DNA of 64,000 nt from a bacterium (GTDB lineage: Bacteria; UBA8248): the NCBI GenBank assembly GCA_963692865.2, contig OY843592.1, forward strand, positions 3,584,001 through 3,648,000, in the 5' to 3' direction. The notes beneath the pieces are model-generated. The model was not told where the DNA came from, ran no database searches, and worked only from the letters and a program-made list of their open reading frames with translations. Positions 10,212-19,288 of this stretch are shown here, piece by piece. The first letter of the stretch is position 1; every line of letters begins with the position of its first letter. A program made the position numbers and the translations under genes.

Positions 10212-10650
10212 GAGGTTGTTGAAAAAACCGGCAAGGGCCTTGCAAGCAGAGGGTTTGTAGGGACAGGCCCCCGTGCCTGTCCCTGTGAAGCGTAGCCACG
10301 GGGGGCAGGGCGGCTATCGGGGGCCGCCCTGCTACGGGGGAACGCGCTTTTGATCGTCATTCCGGCGAAAGCCGGAATCCAAGGACTTTGCATTTTGTTC
10401 TTTAGCCGTCATTCCCGGCGAATGAAAGAGGAGAGGGAATGCCTCGAATTATCCACCTCATCGGCTCTGGATTCCGGCTTTCGCCGGAATGACGGTGAGT
10501 AATTTCGATTTGAACTGGAAGGAATCTCCCGTCAGGACAGGCACGGGGGCCTGTCCCTACGTTAAACCACCCCGAAGGATAGGTTTCACTCCCCCTGCCC
10601 CGGTTGACTCCATTCGCCAAATCACGGAATCAGACTTTTTCAACAACCCC
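10212..10650. mobile_element. TIR mini-element with nested GTAG and CGTC REP doublets
   Basis: GAGGTTGTTGAAAAA...TTTTTCAACAACCCC with TCGA on both flanks; GTAG pair 10257/10560; CGTC pair 10356/10493. Confidence 0.72.
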
Positions 10651-10707
10651 TCGAACGAAGTAGGCGCGATGGAACGTACCCCGCACTCTCGAAAAGCGCC
10701 TCGCCTC

Positions 10708-10959
10708 TCAGATCATCCCGCCGACGAAACCCTGCCTGCGCGTTCTGGCGACCGGCTCGATACGCGCTTTCCGAGAGCGGCATTCCCGGCAGCGCAGGAG
10801 GGGTTCCAGGTCTTCCACGCGCATTCCGCGATGCGCTTTTTCCGTCCCCGGCCGGGCCAGGAGTTCGGCGGGTTCCAGGGCCGTCTCCCGGCCGCAGACC
10901 CCGCATACCGCGATGAAATACCAGTCTCCCCCGGCGTAATCGCCCAGGCAAAGCGCCAT
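10708..10959 (-). CDS. Small putative Zn-finger protein (CxxC...CxxC), 83 aa
   Basis: CGVC and CREC motifs; ATG overlaps the polymerase stop (TAATG). Confidence 0.6.
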   Translation of the reverse strand: MALCLGDYAGGDWYFIAVCGVCGRETALEPAELLARPGTEKAHRGMRVEDLEPLLRCRECRSRKARIEPVARTRRQGFVGGMI

Positions 10960-12197
10960 TACTGGAAATCCTCCAGCCGGGGAACGCGGCCGTACGCAAT
11001 CTTGGCCCCCGCGTAGCCGCCCGGAGGCGCGCACCCGCCGTAGCCGACGACGGTGCGCGCGTAGCGGCCGTTGATCGCATCGACGGCGGCGTTCAGCCTC
11101 GCCAGCCGGCGCCCCTCGTCCGGCTCATCGAGAGGCAGTTTTATCTGCGCTTCATCCGAGGGAGCGAGGCGGTCGAACGAGACGGCGATACGGAACAGCG
11201 CGGCCCGGCTCCGCGCCGCGGCGAGCGCGGCCCAGAGCGCCGAGAGGGCGTCCAGACAAGTCAGATCGTCGTTCGCTCTCGGGACGGGCGCCGAGGACGT
11301 CCAGGAGGGCGCATCGAGACACTCGGCCGACAGGGTGAGCCTCCGGGCGAGAAACCCCTCCCTGCGCAGGCGACGGGCCGCCTTCACCACCAGTTGCCTG
11401 GCCATCGGGCGGGCGGCCCCCGCGCTGCGCTCCCCCGGCGGCAGGACCCGGCCGTGGCCGACCGAGCCGCGCTTCGTCACCGGCGGCTCCACGTCGTAGC
11501 CGCGGAGCGCGTACCAAAAGCGCGCGCCGTTCACACTGCCCCAGATCGAACTCAGCCGCCCGGGTTCACTGTTCCAGATGTCCTCGACCGTCGCCATCCC
11601 GCTCCGCTTCAAGCGCGCGCGCATGCGCCTCCCCACTCCGGGCAATGCCTCCAGCCCGAGGCGGAGCAGAGGACCCGGCAGGTCGCCGGGAAACAGCACC
11701 GTCAGGCCGTCCGGCTTCTCCAGGTCCGAGGCGATCTTGGCGAGCCACCTGTTGGGCGCGCAGCCGATGGAGCAGGTAATGCGCTCCCCGACGGCTGCCC
11801 GCACGCGGCCCTTGATCGTCTCCCCGATCTCTTCGGGGCGGTCCCGGTCCCCCAGGACGGCGGCGAGTTCGTCGATCGAGCAAACGACGTCGACCGGCAG
11901 CACGGAGAGCACCGCCGCCACGGCGCGGTGGTGGATGCGGACGTAGAGATCCGGCCGCTGCGGCGAGAGCGTTATCCGGGGGCACAACCGGAGGGCTTCC
12001 GCGATCGCCGTCCCCGTCTTGACCCCGAACCGCTTGGCCGCGGCGTTCGCGGAGATGACGCAACTGTTGCGCGCCCCCGCGAACGGCACGACGCCGACGG
12101 GGCGGCCGCGCAAGGCGGGGTCCGCCTGCTCCTCGCAGGCCGCGAAAAAGCCGTCGAAATCGATATAGAGCCGCTTCGGTCTGGTTGGTCGGCGCAT
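10959..12197 (-). CDS. Y-family DNA polymerase (DinB/UmuC-like)
   Basis: YIDFDGFFAACE, SIDE, AKIASDLEKPDG and LPGVG motifs with catalytic acids intact. Confidence 0.92.
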   Translation of the reverse strand: MRRPTRPKRLYIDFDGFFAACEEQADPALRGRPVGVVPFAGARNSCVISANAAAKRFGVKTGTAIAEALRLCPRITLSPQRPDLYVRIHHRAVAAVLSVLPVDVVCSIDELAAVLGDRDRPEEIGETIKGRVRAAVGERITCSIGCAPNRWLAKIASDLEKPDGLTVLFPGDLPGPLLRLGLEALPGVGRRMRARLKRSGMATVEDIWNSEPGRLSSIWGSVNGARFWYALRGYDVEPPVTKRGSVGHGRVLPPGERSAGAARPMARQLVVKAARRLRREGFLARRLTLSAECLDAPSWTSSAPVPRANDDLTCLDALSALWAALAAARSRAALFRIAVSFDRLAPSDEAQIKLPLDEPDEGRRLARLNAAVDAINGRYARTVVGYGGCAPPGGYAGAKIAYGRVPRLEDFQ

Positions 12198-12273
12198 GGC
12201 TCACTCAAGTGAATAAAAAACGAAAATACCACGCGACAGGCAATCCATGCAAGGTGAAAGTCGATGCGCGCGG

Positions 12274-12420
12274 GGGGTTGCTGAAAAAGCCTGATTTCTT
12301 GATCCGGCTTATGTTACCTACCGGGGAGGGAGAAGAACCACTCCCCCCTTGAGGGGGGAGTGAAATTCAAAAGCGCGCACGCAACCCAAAATCGATTTCC
12401 GGGACTTTCTCAACAACCAC
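12274..12420. mobile_element. Short (collapsed) TIR mini-element with a single CTCCCCCCTTGAGGGGGGAG palindrome
   Basis: GGGGTTGCTGAAAAAG...CTTTCTCAACAACCAC; both flanking segments are homologous to 22731-23083. Confidence 0.65.
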
Positions 12421-12515
12421 ACGGGAGGCCGCCTCCTCTGGCGAAGCGGGCGATAAAACCTTATAGTGCGTCGCCGAACCGCCGAAAACTCGAGAACACC
12501 ACCGGAGGATTCCCC

Positions 12516-13565
12516 TTGAGCGCGCAAAACTCACTCGCCGCCGTTTTGCATGAACCGGGACGACTCGAACTCGTGGAGCGTCCCGCGCCCGAGCCGGGGC
12601 CGGGCGAGGTGCTCGTCGAAGTCGGCGCCTGCGCGATATGCGGCAGCGATTTCCACCTGATGGACGGCCACGTGCGGCGCGCGAAATATCCCGTCGTGCC
12701 GGGCCATGAGCTCATGGGCGTCGTGAGCGGGCTGGGGCCGGGCGCCGAGGGCGTGGAAGTCGGCGCGCGCGCCTGCATCGAGAACCACGTGCACTGCGGG
12801 GCGTGCCATTTCTGCAAGATGGGCCGGGTGAACCTTTGCAACGACTCACGCTCCATCGGCATGAACGCCGACGGCGGCTACAGCCGCCACGTCGTAGCGC
12901 CCGCGAAGTGCGTGCTGCCCCTGCCGGATGAACTGGACGACGCCACGGCTTCGGTGATGCAGACGCTGGGCACGGGCTACCACGTGGTGATGAACCGCGC
13001 GCGGATGGAAGCCGGCGAGACCGCCGCCGTCATCGGCATGGGGCCGGTGGGACTGTGCGCGCTGGCTTGCGCCAAATACGCGGGATGCCGCGTGGTCGCG
13101 GTCGACGCGGTGGCGGAGAGGCTCGAAGTCGCCCGCGAGATGGGCGCGGATGAGACGATAGACGTGCGCGAACATGATCCCGTCTCCGCCGTGCGGGACC
13201 TGACGGGCGGGCACGGGGCGGACGCCGTGCTCGAAGTCGTGGGAGGCGCTCAGAACAAGACGATGGCCCAGGCCTTCGAGATGGCCCGCAAGGGGGGGCG
13301 CATCGTGGTCGTGGGCGCGTTCTCGGTGGATGCGCCGGTGCCGCTCGAGCATCTTCAGCACCTGGAAAAGGAGATTATCGGCTCGCGCGGACATCCCGAC
13401 ACCTTCGAGGTCTGCATCGACCTCGCTGCCCGAGGCGAGTTGAACGTGAAGCCCATGATCACGCACCGGATACCGCTGTCCATGGTGCACCGGGGCATCG
13501 AGATGATGCGCGAGCGAAAAGACGGGGCCATCAAGGTGGTGCTGATCCCGAAAGAGACAGGCTGA
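12516..13565 (+). CDS. Zn-dependent alcohol dehydrogenase (MDR family)
   Basis: ICGSD, GHE, CxxCxxC...C and GMGPVG motifs; TTG start after GGAGG. Confidence 0.9.
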   Translation: MSAQNSLAAVLHEPGRLELVERPAPEPGPGEVLVEVGACAICGSDFHLMDGHVRRAKYPVVPGHELMGVVSGLGPGAEGVEVGARACIENHVHCGACHFCKMGRVNLCNDSRSIGMNADGGYSRHVVAPAKCVLPLPDELDDATASVMQTLGTGYHVVMNRARMEAGETAAVIGMGPVGLCALACAKYAGCRVVAVDAVAERLEVAREMGADETIDVREHDPVSAVRDLTGGHGADAVLEVVGGAQNKTMAQAFEMARKGGRIVVVGAFSVDAPVPLEHLQHLEKEIIGSRGHPDTFEVCIDLAARGELNVKPMITHRIPLSMVHRGIEMMRERKDGAIKVVLIPKETG

Positions 13566-13578
13566 GCCCGGCGCTCCA

Positions 13579-13894
13579 GGGATTGTTGAAAAAGCCCCTC
13601 AAAAAACAGAGAATGGATTTCTCGATCAGCATAAGCTTATGAATCAGCTCCCTCTTTGAGGGGCATTGGCAACTGATGAAAGGGAAAGAAGCACTCCCCC
13701 CTTGAGGGGGAGTCGACGAGGTAAGGGCGTAAGCCCGCAAGCGAGTCGGTGGGGGGAGCAAAACCAGAAAAGCAAAACACAAAAGCGCCCCCCACCGCAT
13801 CAGCCTTCGCACAAAACGCTCGGCTTCTGCGACTCCCCCTCAAGGGGGGAGTGAAATTTAGCGCGCTCCTTCTGTGGGGTTTTTCAACAGCCCC
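13579..13894. mobile_element. TIR mini-element carrying the CACTCCCCCCTTGAGGGGGAG...CTCCCCCTCAAGGGGGGAGTG repeat
   Basis: GGGATTGTTGAAAAAG...TTTTTCAACAGCCCC; inner repeat at 13692-13853. Confidence 0.7.
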
Positions 13895-13965
13895 CCCCCG
13901 CGCCAGAATCCGAATCACATTTTCCAACAAAACAATCAACAAAACATCGGCGCAGGGAGAAGAGA

Positions 13966-14862
13966 GTGAACACGCAAAGAGAAGAAACCATCGGCTTCAT
14001 CGGCCTGGGCCTCATGGGCCGGGCGTTTTCCAGGAATTTGATCCAAGACGGCTACCGGCTCGTCGGAACGGACCCGGTCGCCGCTGCGCGTGAGGCGTTC
14101 GAGGATATGGGCGGCGCCGCCCTCGCCTCGCCGAAGGAGGTGGCGGAAGCGGCGGATTTCGTATTCATCTCGGTGCCGAACTCCAGGATATCGCTCGAAT
14201 GCGCGCGGGGGGAGGAGGGCTATCTCTCGGCCGATCCGGACAAGAAACCAAAAGCCGTCATCGACACCACCACCGCAGACCCGGACGATACGCGCGAGAT
14301 GGCCCGGCTGTGCAAGGAGCGCGGCTTCGACTTCATGGAGGCGTGCGTGAGCGGCAACAGCGAGAACGTGACGAACCGCTCGGGCCTCTTCCTAGTCGGC
14401 GGGGAGGAGCGCACGCACGGACTCGTGAAGGACATGCTCGGCCGCCTGCTTTCGGATCAGATCCACTGCGGCGGCGCGGGCGACGGCGCGACGATGAAGG
14501 TGCTCATCAACTACCTCACCTGCCTGCAGCGCTGCGCCATCGCCGAGACGCTGCGCATGGGTCTGAGAGCCGGTGTGAAAGGGGAACTCCTGCTCGACGC
14601 CTTCATGAGAAGCGCCGCCGACAGCAGGCAGCTCAGGAACCGCGGCCCCCGGATGGTGAGCGGTGATTTCTCGAACCCCGTGAGCACGCTCGACGTGCTG
14701 ACCAAGGACATCAAGCTCGGCCTCGCCCTGGGCCAGAGCGTGGACGCCAATATGCCTCTCGGCGATCTCTGCCTGCCCTTTTTCACCGAGGGACAGGCGC
14801 TCGGCTTCGGCCACCTCGACAGCGCAGCGGTGTACAAGGTGTTCGAGGCGCGGGAGGGCTAG
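13966..14862 (+). CDS. 3-hydroxyisobutyrate dehydrogenase-like NAD(P)-dependent oxidoreductase
   Basis: GFIGLGLMG, DTTT, VSG, MKVLIN and KDIKL motifs. Confidence 0.88.
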   Translation: MNTQREETIGFIGLGLMGRAFSRNLIQDGYRLVGTDPVAAAREAFEDMGGAALASPKEVAEAADFVFISVPNSRISLECARGEEGYLSADPDKKPKAVIDTTTADPDDTREMARLCKERGFDFMEACVSGNSENVTNRSGLFLVGGEERTHGLVKDMLGRLLSDQIHCGGAGDGATMKVLINYLTCLQRCAIAETLRMGLRAGVKGELLLDAFMRSAADSRQLRNRGPRMVSGDFSNPVSTLDVLTKDIKLGLALGQSVDANMPLGDLCLPFFTEGQALGFGHLDSAAVYKVFEAREG

Positions 14863-15058
14863 CAAGAGACGGTGCGCCGCACCTGCGTCGGTTTCATGAG
14901 GAGGGGCGATTTTGCTCGTCATTCCGGCGACTTGATTGGTGGGAGATATCTCAAGAAAGCGGGTGGCTCGCGAGCTTCCCTTCTTCAGGGAAGCTCGACA
15001 CCCCTGCGGAAAACACGCAAAACCAATACGCTCAACCCGCCAGAACCCTCGAACGCAC

Positions 15059-15529
15059 CTACTCGGGAAGGTCATCGATGGGCCGCATGTCGGCGAGGCG
15101 TTTCGTCAGTTTGAAGGTGACGCTCTGGCCTTCCGCCATCCGCACGAGCCGCCCGGCGTCGCCTTCGGCCACCTCCCCCTTGCGCCAGGCGTCGAACCAG
15201 ATGCCGGCGGGCGATACGCCCAGGCACAACAGATAGTCGTATTCGCGATCCATGCGGATATGGTTGAACTGGAAGTTGCCGCCCCTGTCTTCGGACGCCG
15301 TTTTCAATTCGAAGAGTCGACCTCCGATACTCAGATCGGTCGGCCTGAGGCGAGAGCCGCCTTCAGTCTCGATTCCGTTTCGCTCAAGGTAGCGTCGTAT
15401 GAAATGCTCGCCGATTGCGCCCCGGTTCGTGTTCTCCACGCGCCGGAAACTCTCGAGCGGCGCGTTCGTCCATTTCGACGCCGGAGAATGATCGCGAATG
15501 ACTTCGAGGAGAAGCTCGACCGCGTTCAC
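15059..15529 (-). CDS. Putative PD-(D/E)XK nuclease (restriction-endonuclease-like)
   Basis: GAIGE helix, TD..ELKTA catalytic pattern; GTGA overlap with the upstream methyltransferase. Confidence 0.55.
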   Translation of the reverse strand: MNAVELLLEVIRDHSPASKWTNAPLESFRRVENTNRGAIGEHFIRRYLERNGIETEGGSRLRPTDLSIGGRLFELKTASEDRGGNFQFNHIRMDREYDYLLCLGVSPAGIWFDAWRKGEVAEGDAGRLVRMAEGQSVTFKLTKRLADMRPIDDLPE

Positions 15530-16290
15530 GCCGGCGGTTCCCAGACTCTCCCCCCAATCCCTCGTTTCCAGAAAACCAGGAAATAGGAATGGTTCTTTCG
15601 CGCGTGCACCTGCTTCACGGCGCGGCTCACGCCGGGCCGGTTGTTCCGCATAATGACGAACAAATCCTCCGCGACGAATCCCATCCCTTCATAGCCCTGC
15701 ATAATCTCGACGTGGGTGAATCTCTGGCGGTTCGAGCAGACCTCGTCCTGGCACTTCACGACGAGAACGCCGCGCTCGCGCAAGACCCTGCACGCCTCCC
15801 GTCCGGCGTCGATATACAGAGCGAGCACGGCCTCGTGGTATTTGCTGCCCGTTCGATTGCCCGAGCCGTTGTTGCGGTAGTGGTCCTCGAACGGCGTATG
15901 CGAGCGGTGCGCCGTTCCGCCCGGCGAGTGCATGTATGGTGGGTCGAGCACGACGCAATCGAGCTCCCCGTCCCCGTAGGGCAGGGCGCGGCAATCGACG
16001 CCGTCCTGGATGTCGCTCGCCCGGAGATCGTACCTGCCTTCGGGTACGTTGCGCCAGAACACGCCCTTCCCGTAGGTAACGTCGGCGACGATGCTCCCCG
16101 GCTTCACGTACAAGTCGAGGATGCGCGGGAATACGCGGTCGTTCCCCTCGGCGGACGCGCTCCAGACGAGGTCGTTCGTCGCATCGCCGTTTCGCACGAT
16201 GCGCTTGGGCGGCGGCGATAAGGCGCGCGACGCTGAGCCGGACTGCGCTTCAGGCGCCTTTATCGTCCTTGCCTGGGATTGAGCGTCCAT
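15526..16290 (-). CDS. Putative amino (m6A/m4C) DNA methyltransferase
   Basis: DVTYGKG SAM-binding motif followed by the LDPPY catalytic motif. Confidence 0.75.
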   Translation of the reverse strand: MDAQSQARTIKAPEAQSGSASRALSPPPKRIVRNGDATNDLVWSASAEGNDRVFPRILDLYVKPGSIVADVTYGKGVFWRNVPEGRYDLRASDIQDGVDCRALPYGDGELDCVVLDPPYMHSPGGTAHRSHTPFEDHYRNNGSGNRTGSKYHEAVLALYIDAGREACRVLRERGVLVVKCQDEVCSNRQRFTHVEIMQGYEGMGFVAEDLFVIMRNNRPGVSRAVKQVHARKNHSYFLVFWKRGIGGRVWEPPA

Positions 16291-16546
16291 AGTGTCTTAA
16301 CCGACGAGAACGGGCGGGCGTGAAAAAAGAACGAAACTATCTCCAACCTACCGCATGACCCCGTGATTCGTCAAGAACGCTCCTTTTCACGGGTCGGGCG
16401 TGATCCCGGCCCCGCTGTTCAAGGCGCTTCACATTTCAGTCCGGCGGATCGCCGCAGCAGCGCCTTCGGACGGCGCGTGATGAGCGGCCATGCAAGAGAA
16501 GAATCGACCGCGTGCGCGATGTGATCCTTATCATGCCGTCCCTGTG

Positions 16547-16940
16547 GGGGTTGCTGAAAAAGCACTGATTTCTAAATTTGTCGTATGCAACCGGCCAACG
16601 AGAGAGAAAAATTACTCCCCCCTTGAGGGTTGTTGAAAAAGTCTCAAGAAGCGATTTTGGGTTGCTCGCACACTTTTGAAGTTCACTCCCCCTTTGAGGG
16701 GGAGTCGAAGAGGCCGAGCCCTTGGGCGAAGGCCGATTCGGTGGGGGGACATACCACAGAAAAAGCTCCCCCCACCAGTTCGCTTGCGGGCTTGCGCCCT
16801 TAGCTCACTGACTCCCCCTCAAGGGGGGAGTGAATTGCTCTCTCGCCGGATGACAAAAACTCTCAAGAGGGGAGTCGTTTCATAAGAATATGTTGATTGA
16901 GAAGTCTATTCCCTGTTAGGGGGGCTATTTCAACAACCCC
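16547..16940. mobile_element. Composite TIR mini-element (two left ends, one right end)
   Basis: GGGGTTGCTGAAAAA at 16547, second GGGTTGTTGAAAAA at about 16627, TTTCAACAACCCC at 16940; flanks CTGTG/CTGTA; inner repeat at 16684-16832. Confidence 0.65.
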
Positions 16941-17051
16941 CTGTACGCCTTGCGCGCCCGCTCACGGTCCTGCGGAGCGGGTTATTTGCGGATGTGATAA
17001 GCTGGGTCTCGACATCCGGCCCACGCCGCCGCGCCCTGGAGACGAAAACGC

Positions 17052-18701
17052 TTGCCTGAAATCGAGTATCTCCGGGATCTGGTCATCGTACTCGGGTCGG
17101 CGGTCGTGGTCGCAACGGCGCTGCGCCGCGTGGGCGTTCCGTCGATCGCCGGGTTCATCCTCGCGGGCGCCCTTGTCGGACCCACGGCGCTCAGCCTCGT
17201 GGACGACACCCACCAGGTCGAAGTGCTGGCCGAGATCGGCGTCGCCCTCCTTCTGTTCGGGATCGGCCTCGAACTCTCGCTCGGCCACCTGCGGCGTCTT
17301 TGGAAACCCATCCTGTTGGGCGGCAGCATTCAGGTGACGGCCACTGTCGCGTGCACCGCGGCCCTGGCCGTCTGGTACGGACTCGAAACGGGGCCCGCGG
17401 TATTTCTGGGCTGCGTCGTCGCCGTATCCAGCACCGCCGTCGTTTTGCGGGGCCTGTCCACGCGGGGGGAACTGGATTCGCCGCACGGCCGACTGGCGGT
17501 CGGCATCCTCGTCTTCCAGGACTTGTGCGTGGTTCCCATGCTCCTGGCGGCGCCCATTCTGGCCGGACAACAGAGTTCCACGCGGGAAATCGCAGTCGCG
17601 GCCATCACCGGTCTGGCCATCCTCGCGGGCGTGCTGGTTGCGGCCAGCCGCGTCGTCCCGTATCTGCTCGCGTTCGTGGCCAAGACGAGGGAGAGGGAAC
17701 TCTTCGTCCTGACCGTCTTTCTCGGATGCTTCGGGGTCGCCTGGGGCCTGTCGCTGGCGGGAATCTCGCTCGCGCTCGGGGCATTCCTGGCCGGCCTGAT
17801 CGTCGCCGGAAGCGAGTTTCGCCACCAGGCGATGTCGGATCTGATTCCCGTGCGGGAAGTTTTCGCCAGCGTTTTCTTCGTTTCCGTGGGCATGCTGCTG
17901 GACGTTTCGGACGTGTTCGAGCATTTCGCGCCGATTCTCGGGTTTCTCGGCCTCATCCTCGTCGGCAAATTCGCGATTGTGCTCGCCATGGGGTTGATCC
18001 TGCGAATGCCGCTTCGCGTGGCTATCCTGTCGGCGGCCACATTGTGCCAGATCGGCGAGTTCTCGTTCGTACTGCTGAATGCGGCTTCGGGAAGCGGTCT
18101 GCTTGGGGACGAGCTGTCCCACAATCTCCTGGTGGCGATCATCCTGTCCATGCTCCTCACGCCGATGGTTATCGCATTCGGCCCTCACCTGGCTCTCGGC
18201 GCGGACCGCGTCCCATGGCTGAACCGGATCCTGGGCGCCGAGCCTCCCGGATTCGACGCCCACGAACCGCACAGCGACCACGTCATCGTCGCCGGATACG
18301 GCCGGGCGGGCCGGGACGTATGTCAAGCCGCCCGCGCCGCAGGGTTCTCCTGCATCGCGGTCGACGTGAACGTCGATAACGTCCGCGCGGCAAAAGCGGC
18401 GGGAGACCCGGCCGTCTACGGAGACGTCACGCAGAGGGAAGTGCTGGAGGAGCTCGGTTGCGGGAACGCCCGTCTGGTGGTGGTGACGATAAACGACACG
18501 CGAGCCACGGAACTTGCGGTCCGCACAATTCGCCGGACGGCGCCTGACACTCCCGTCATTGCGCGCGCCCTCTACGATATAGACGAGGATTCACTGAAGG
18601 CGGCCGGCGCCACGAGGGTCATCACGGCGGAAGCCACGACCAGCGCCGTGATCGCCACTGCATGTCTCACGGAACTGGGATCGACAGAGTCGAAAGCTTA
18701 G
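17052..18701 (+). CDS. CPA2 cation:proton antiporter with TrkA-N/RCK domain (KefB/KefC-like)
   Basis: AEIGVALLLFGIGLE, SSTAVV, FQD, QIGEFSF and GYGRAG motifs. Confidence 0.9.
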   Translation: MPEIEYLRDLVIVLGSAVVVATALRRVGVPSIAGFILAGALVGPTALSLVDDTHQVEVLAEIGVALLLFGIGLELSLGHLRRLWKPILLGGSIQVTATVACTAALAVWYGLETGPAVFLGCVVAVSSTAVVLRGLSTRGELDSPHGRLAVGILVFQDLCVVPMLLAAPILAGQQSSTREIAVAAITGLAILAGVLVAASRVVPYLLAFVAKTRERELFVLTVFLGCFGVAWGLSLAGISLALGAFLAGLIVAGSEFRHQAMSDLIPVREVFASVFFVSVGMLLDVSDVFEHFAPILGFLGLILVGKFAIVLAMGLILRMPLRVAILSAATLCQIGEFSFVLLNAASGSGLLGDELSHNLLVAIILSMLLTPMVIAFGPHLALGADRVPWLNRILGAEPPGFDAHEPHSDHVIVAGYGRAGRDVCQAARAAGFSCIAVDVNVDNVRAAKAAGDPAVYGDVTQREVLEELGCGNARLVVVTINDTRATELAVRTIRRTAPDTPVIARALYDIDEDSLKAAGATRVITAEATTSAVIATACLTELGSTESKA

Positions 18702-18727
18702 GCCGGGATACTTCGCCTCACCATGAT

Positions 18728-18907
18728 GAGGTTGTTGAAAAAGCCCCTGAAGAGGGAGGAATTGCCGTCATTCCGGCGAATGCCGGAATCCAGAGCCGAC
18801 GAGGATCATGGCGAGCCAGCCTTTTACGTTCTCACCGATTGGATGGAAAAACAAAGAGCAAAGACAAAAAGACAAAGTCCCTGGATTCCGGCATTCGCCG
18901 GAATGAC
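18728..18907. repeat. Left TIR plus CGTC-type REP doublet (right TIR missing)
   Basis: GAGGTTGTTGAAAAAG; GTCATTCCGGCGAATGCCGGAATCC...GGATTCCGGCATTCGCCGGAATGAC; spacer homologous to the reverse complement of 2041-2228. Confidence 0.75.
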
Positions 18908-18915
18908 GAACAAAA

Positions 18916-18939
18916 CTGGATTACCTCGACTACCACTGA
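18916..18939 (+). pseudogene. 3' remnant of a HigB/RelE-type toxin gene
   Basis: Reads LDYLDYH-stop, the typical HigB C-terminus, 13 nt upstream of higA. Confidence 0.6.
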
Positions 18940-18952
18940 TGGGGGCAAAGCG

Positions 18953-19240
18953 ATGGCGATGAAAAATCCTCCGCATCCTGGCGGAATCGTGAGGCGACAA
19001 TGCCTCGAACCGCTCGGATTGTCCGTGACGAAGGCCGCCGAGGGTCTCGGCGTCGCGCGCCAGACCTTGTCGGAACTGATCAACGAGCGCACGGGGGTCT
19101 CCATCGAGATGGCAATCCGCCTTTCCAAGGCGTTCGGCTCGACGCCGGAGACCTGGCTCGGCCTGCAGATGGCTTACGATCTCTGGCGGGCGCGCGCCCG
19201 CCTCGACGAAATCAAGGTCGAGAAACTCGGGGCGGCCTGA
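18953..19240 (+). CDS. higA: HigA family addiction-module antitoxin (HTH)
   Basis: MKNPPHPG, EMAIRLSKAFGSTPETWLGLQMAYDL. Confidence 0.92.
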   Translation: MAMKNPPHPGGIVRRQCLEPLGLSVTKAAEGLGVARQTLSELINERTGVSIEMAIRLSKAFGSTPETWLGLQMAYDLWRARARLDEIKVEKLGAA

Positions 19241-19288
19241 TGCGACTCGCACCGGCGCGACGAAGACGGGAAAACCGCGCCGGGCGGG

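Noticed and set aside
13531-13942. Short ORFs with recurring peptides such as TPPLRGS and STPPQGGS (also 16676, 22416, 57455-57730)
   Set aside because: These are translations of the palindromic repeats, with no RBS or coding signal.
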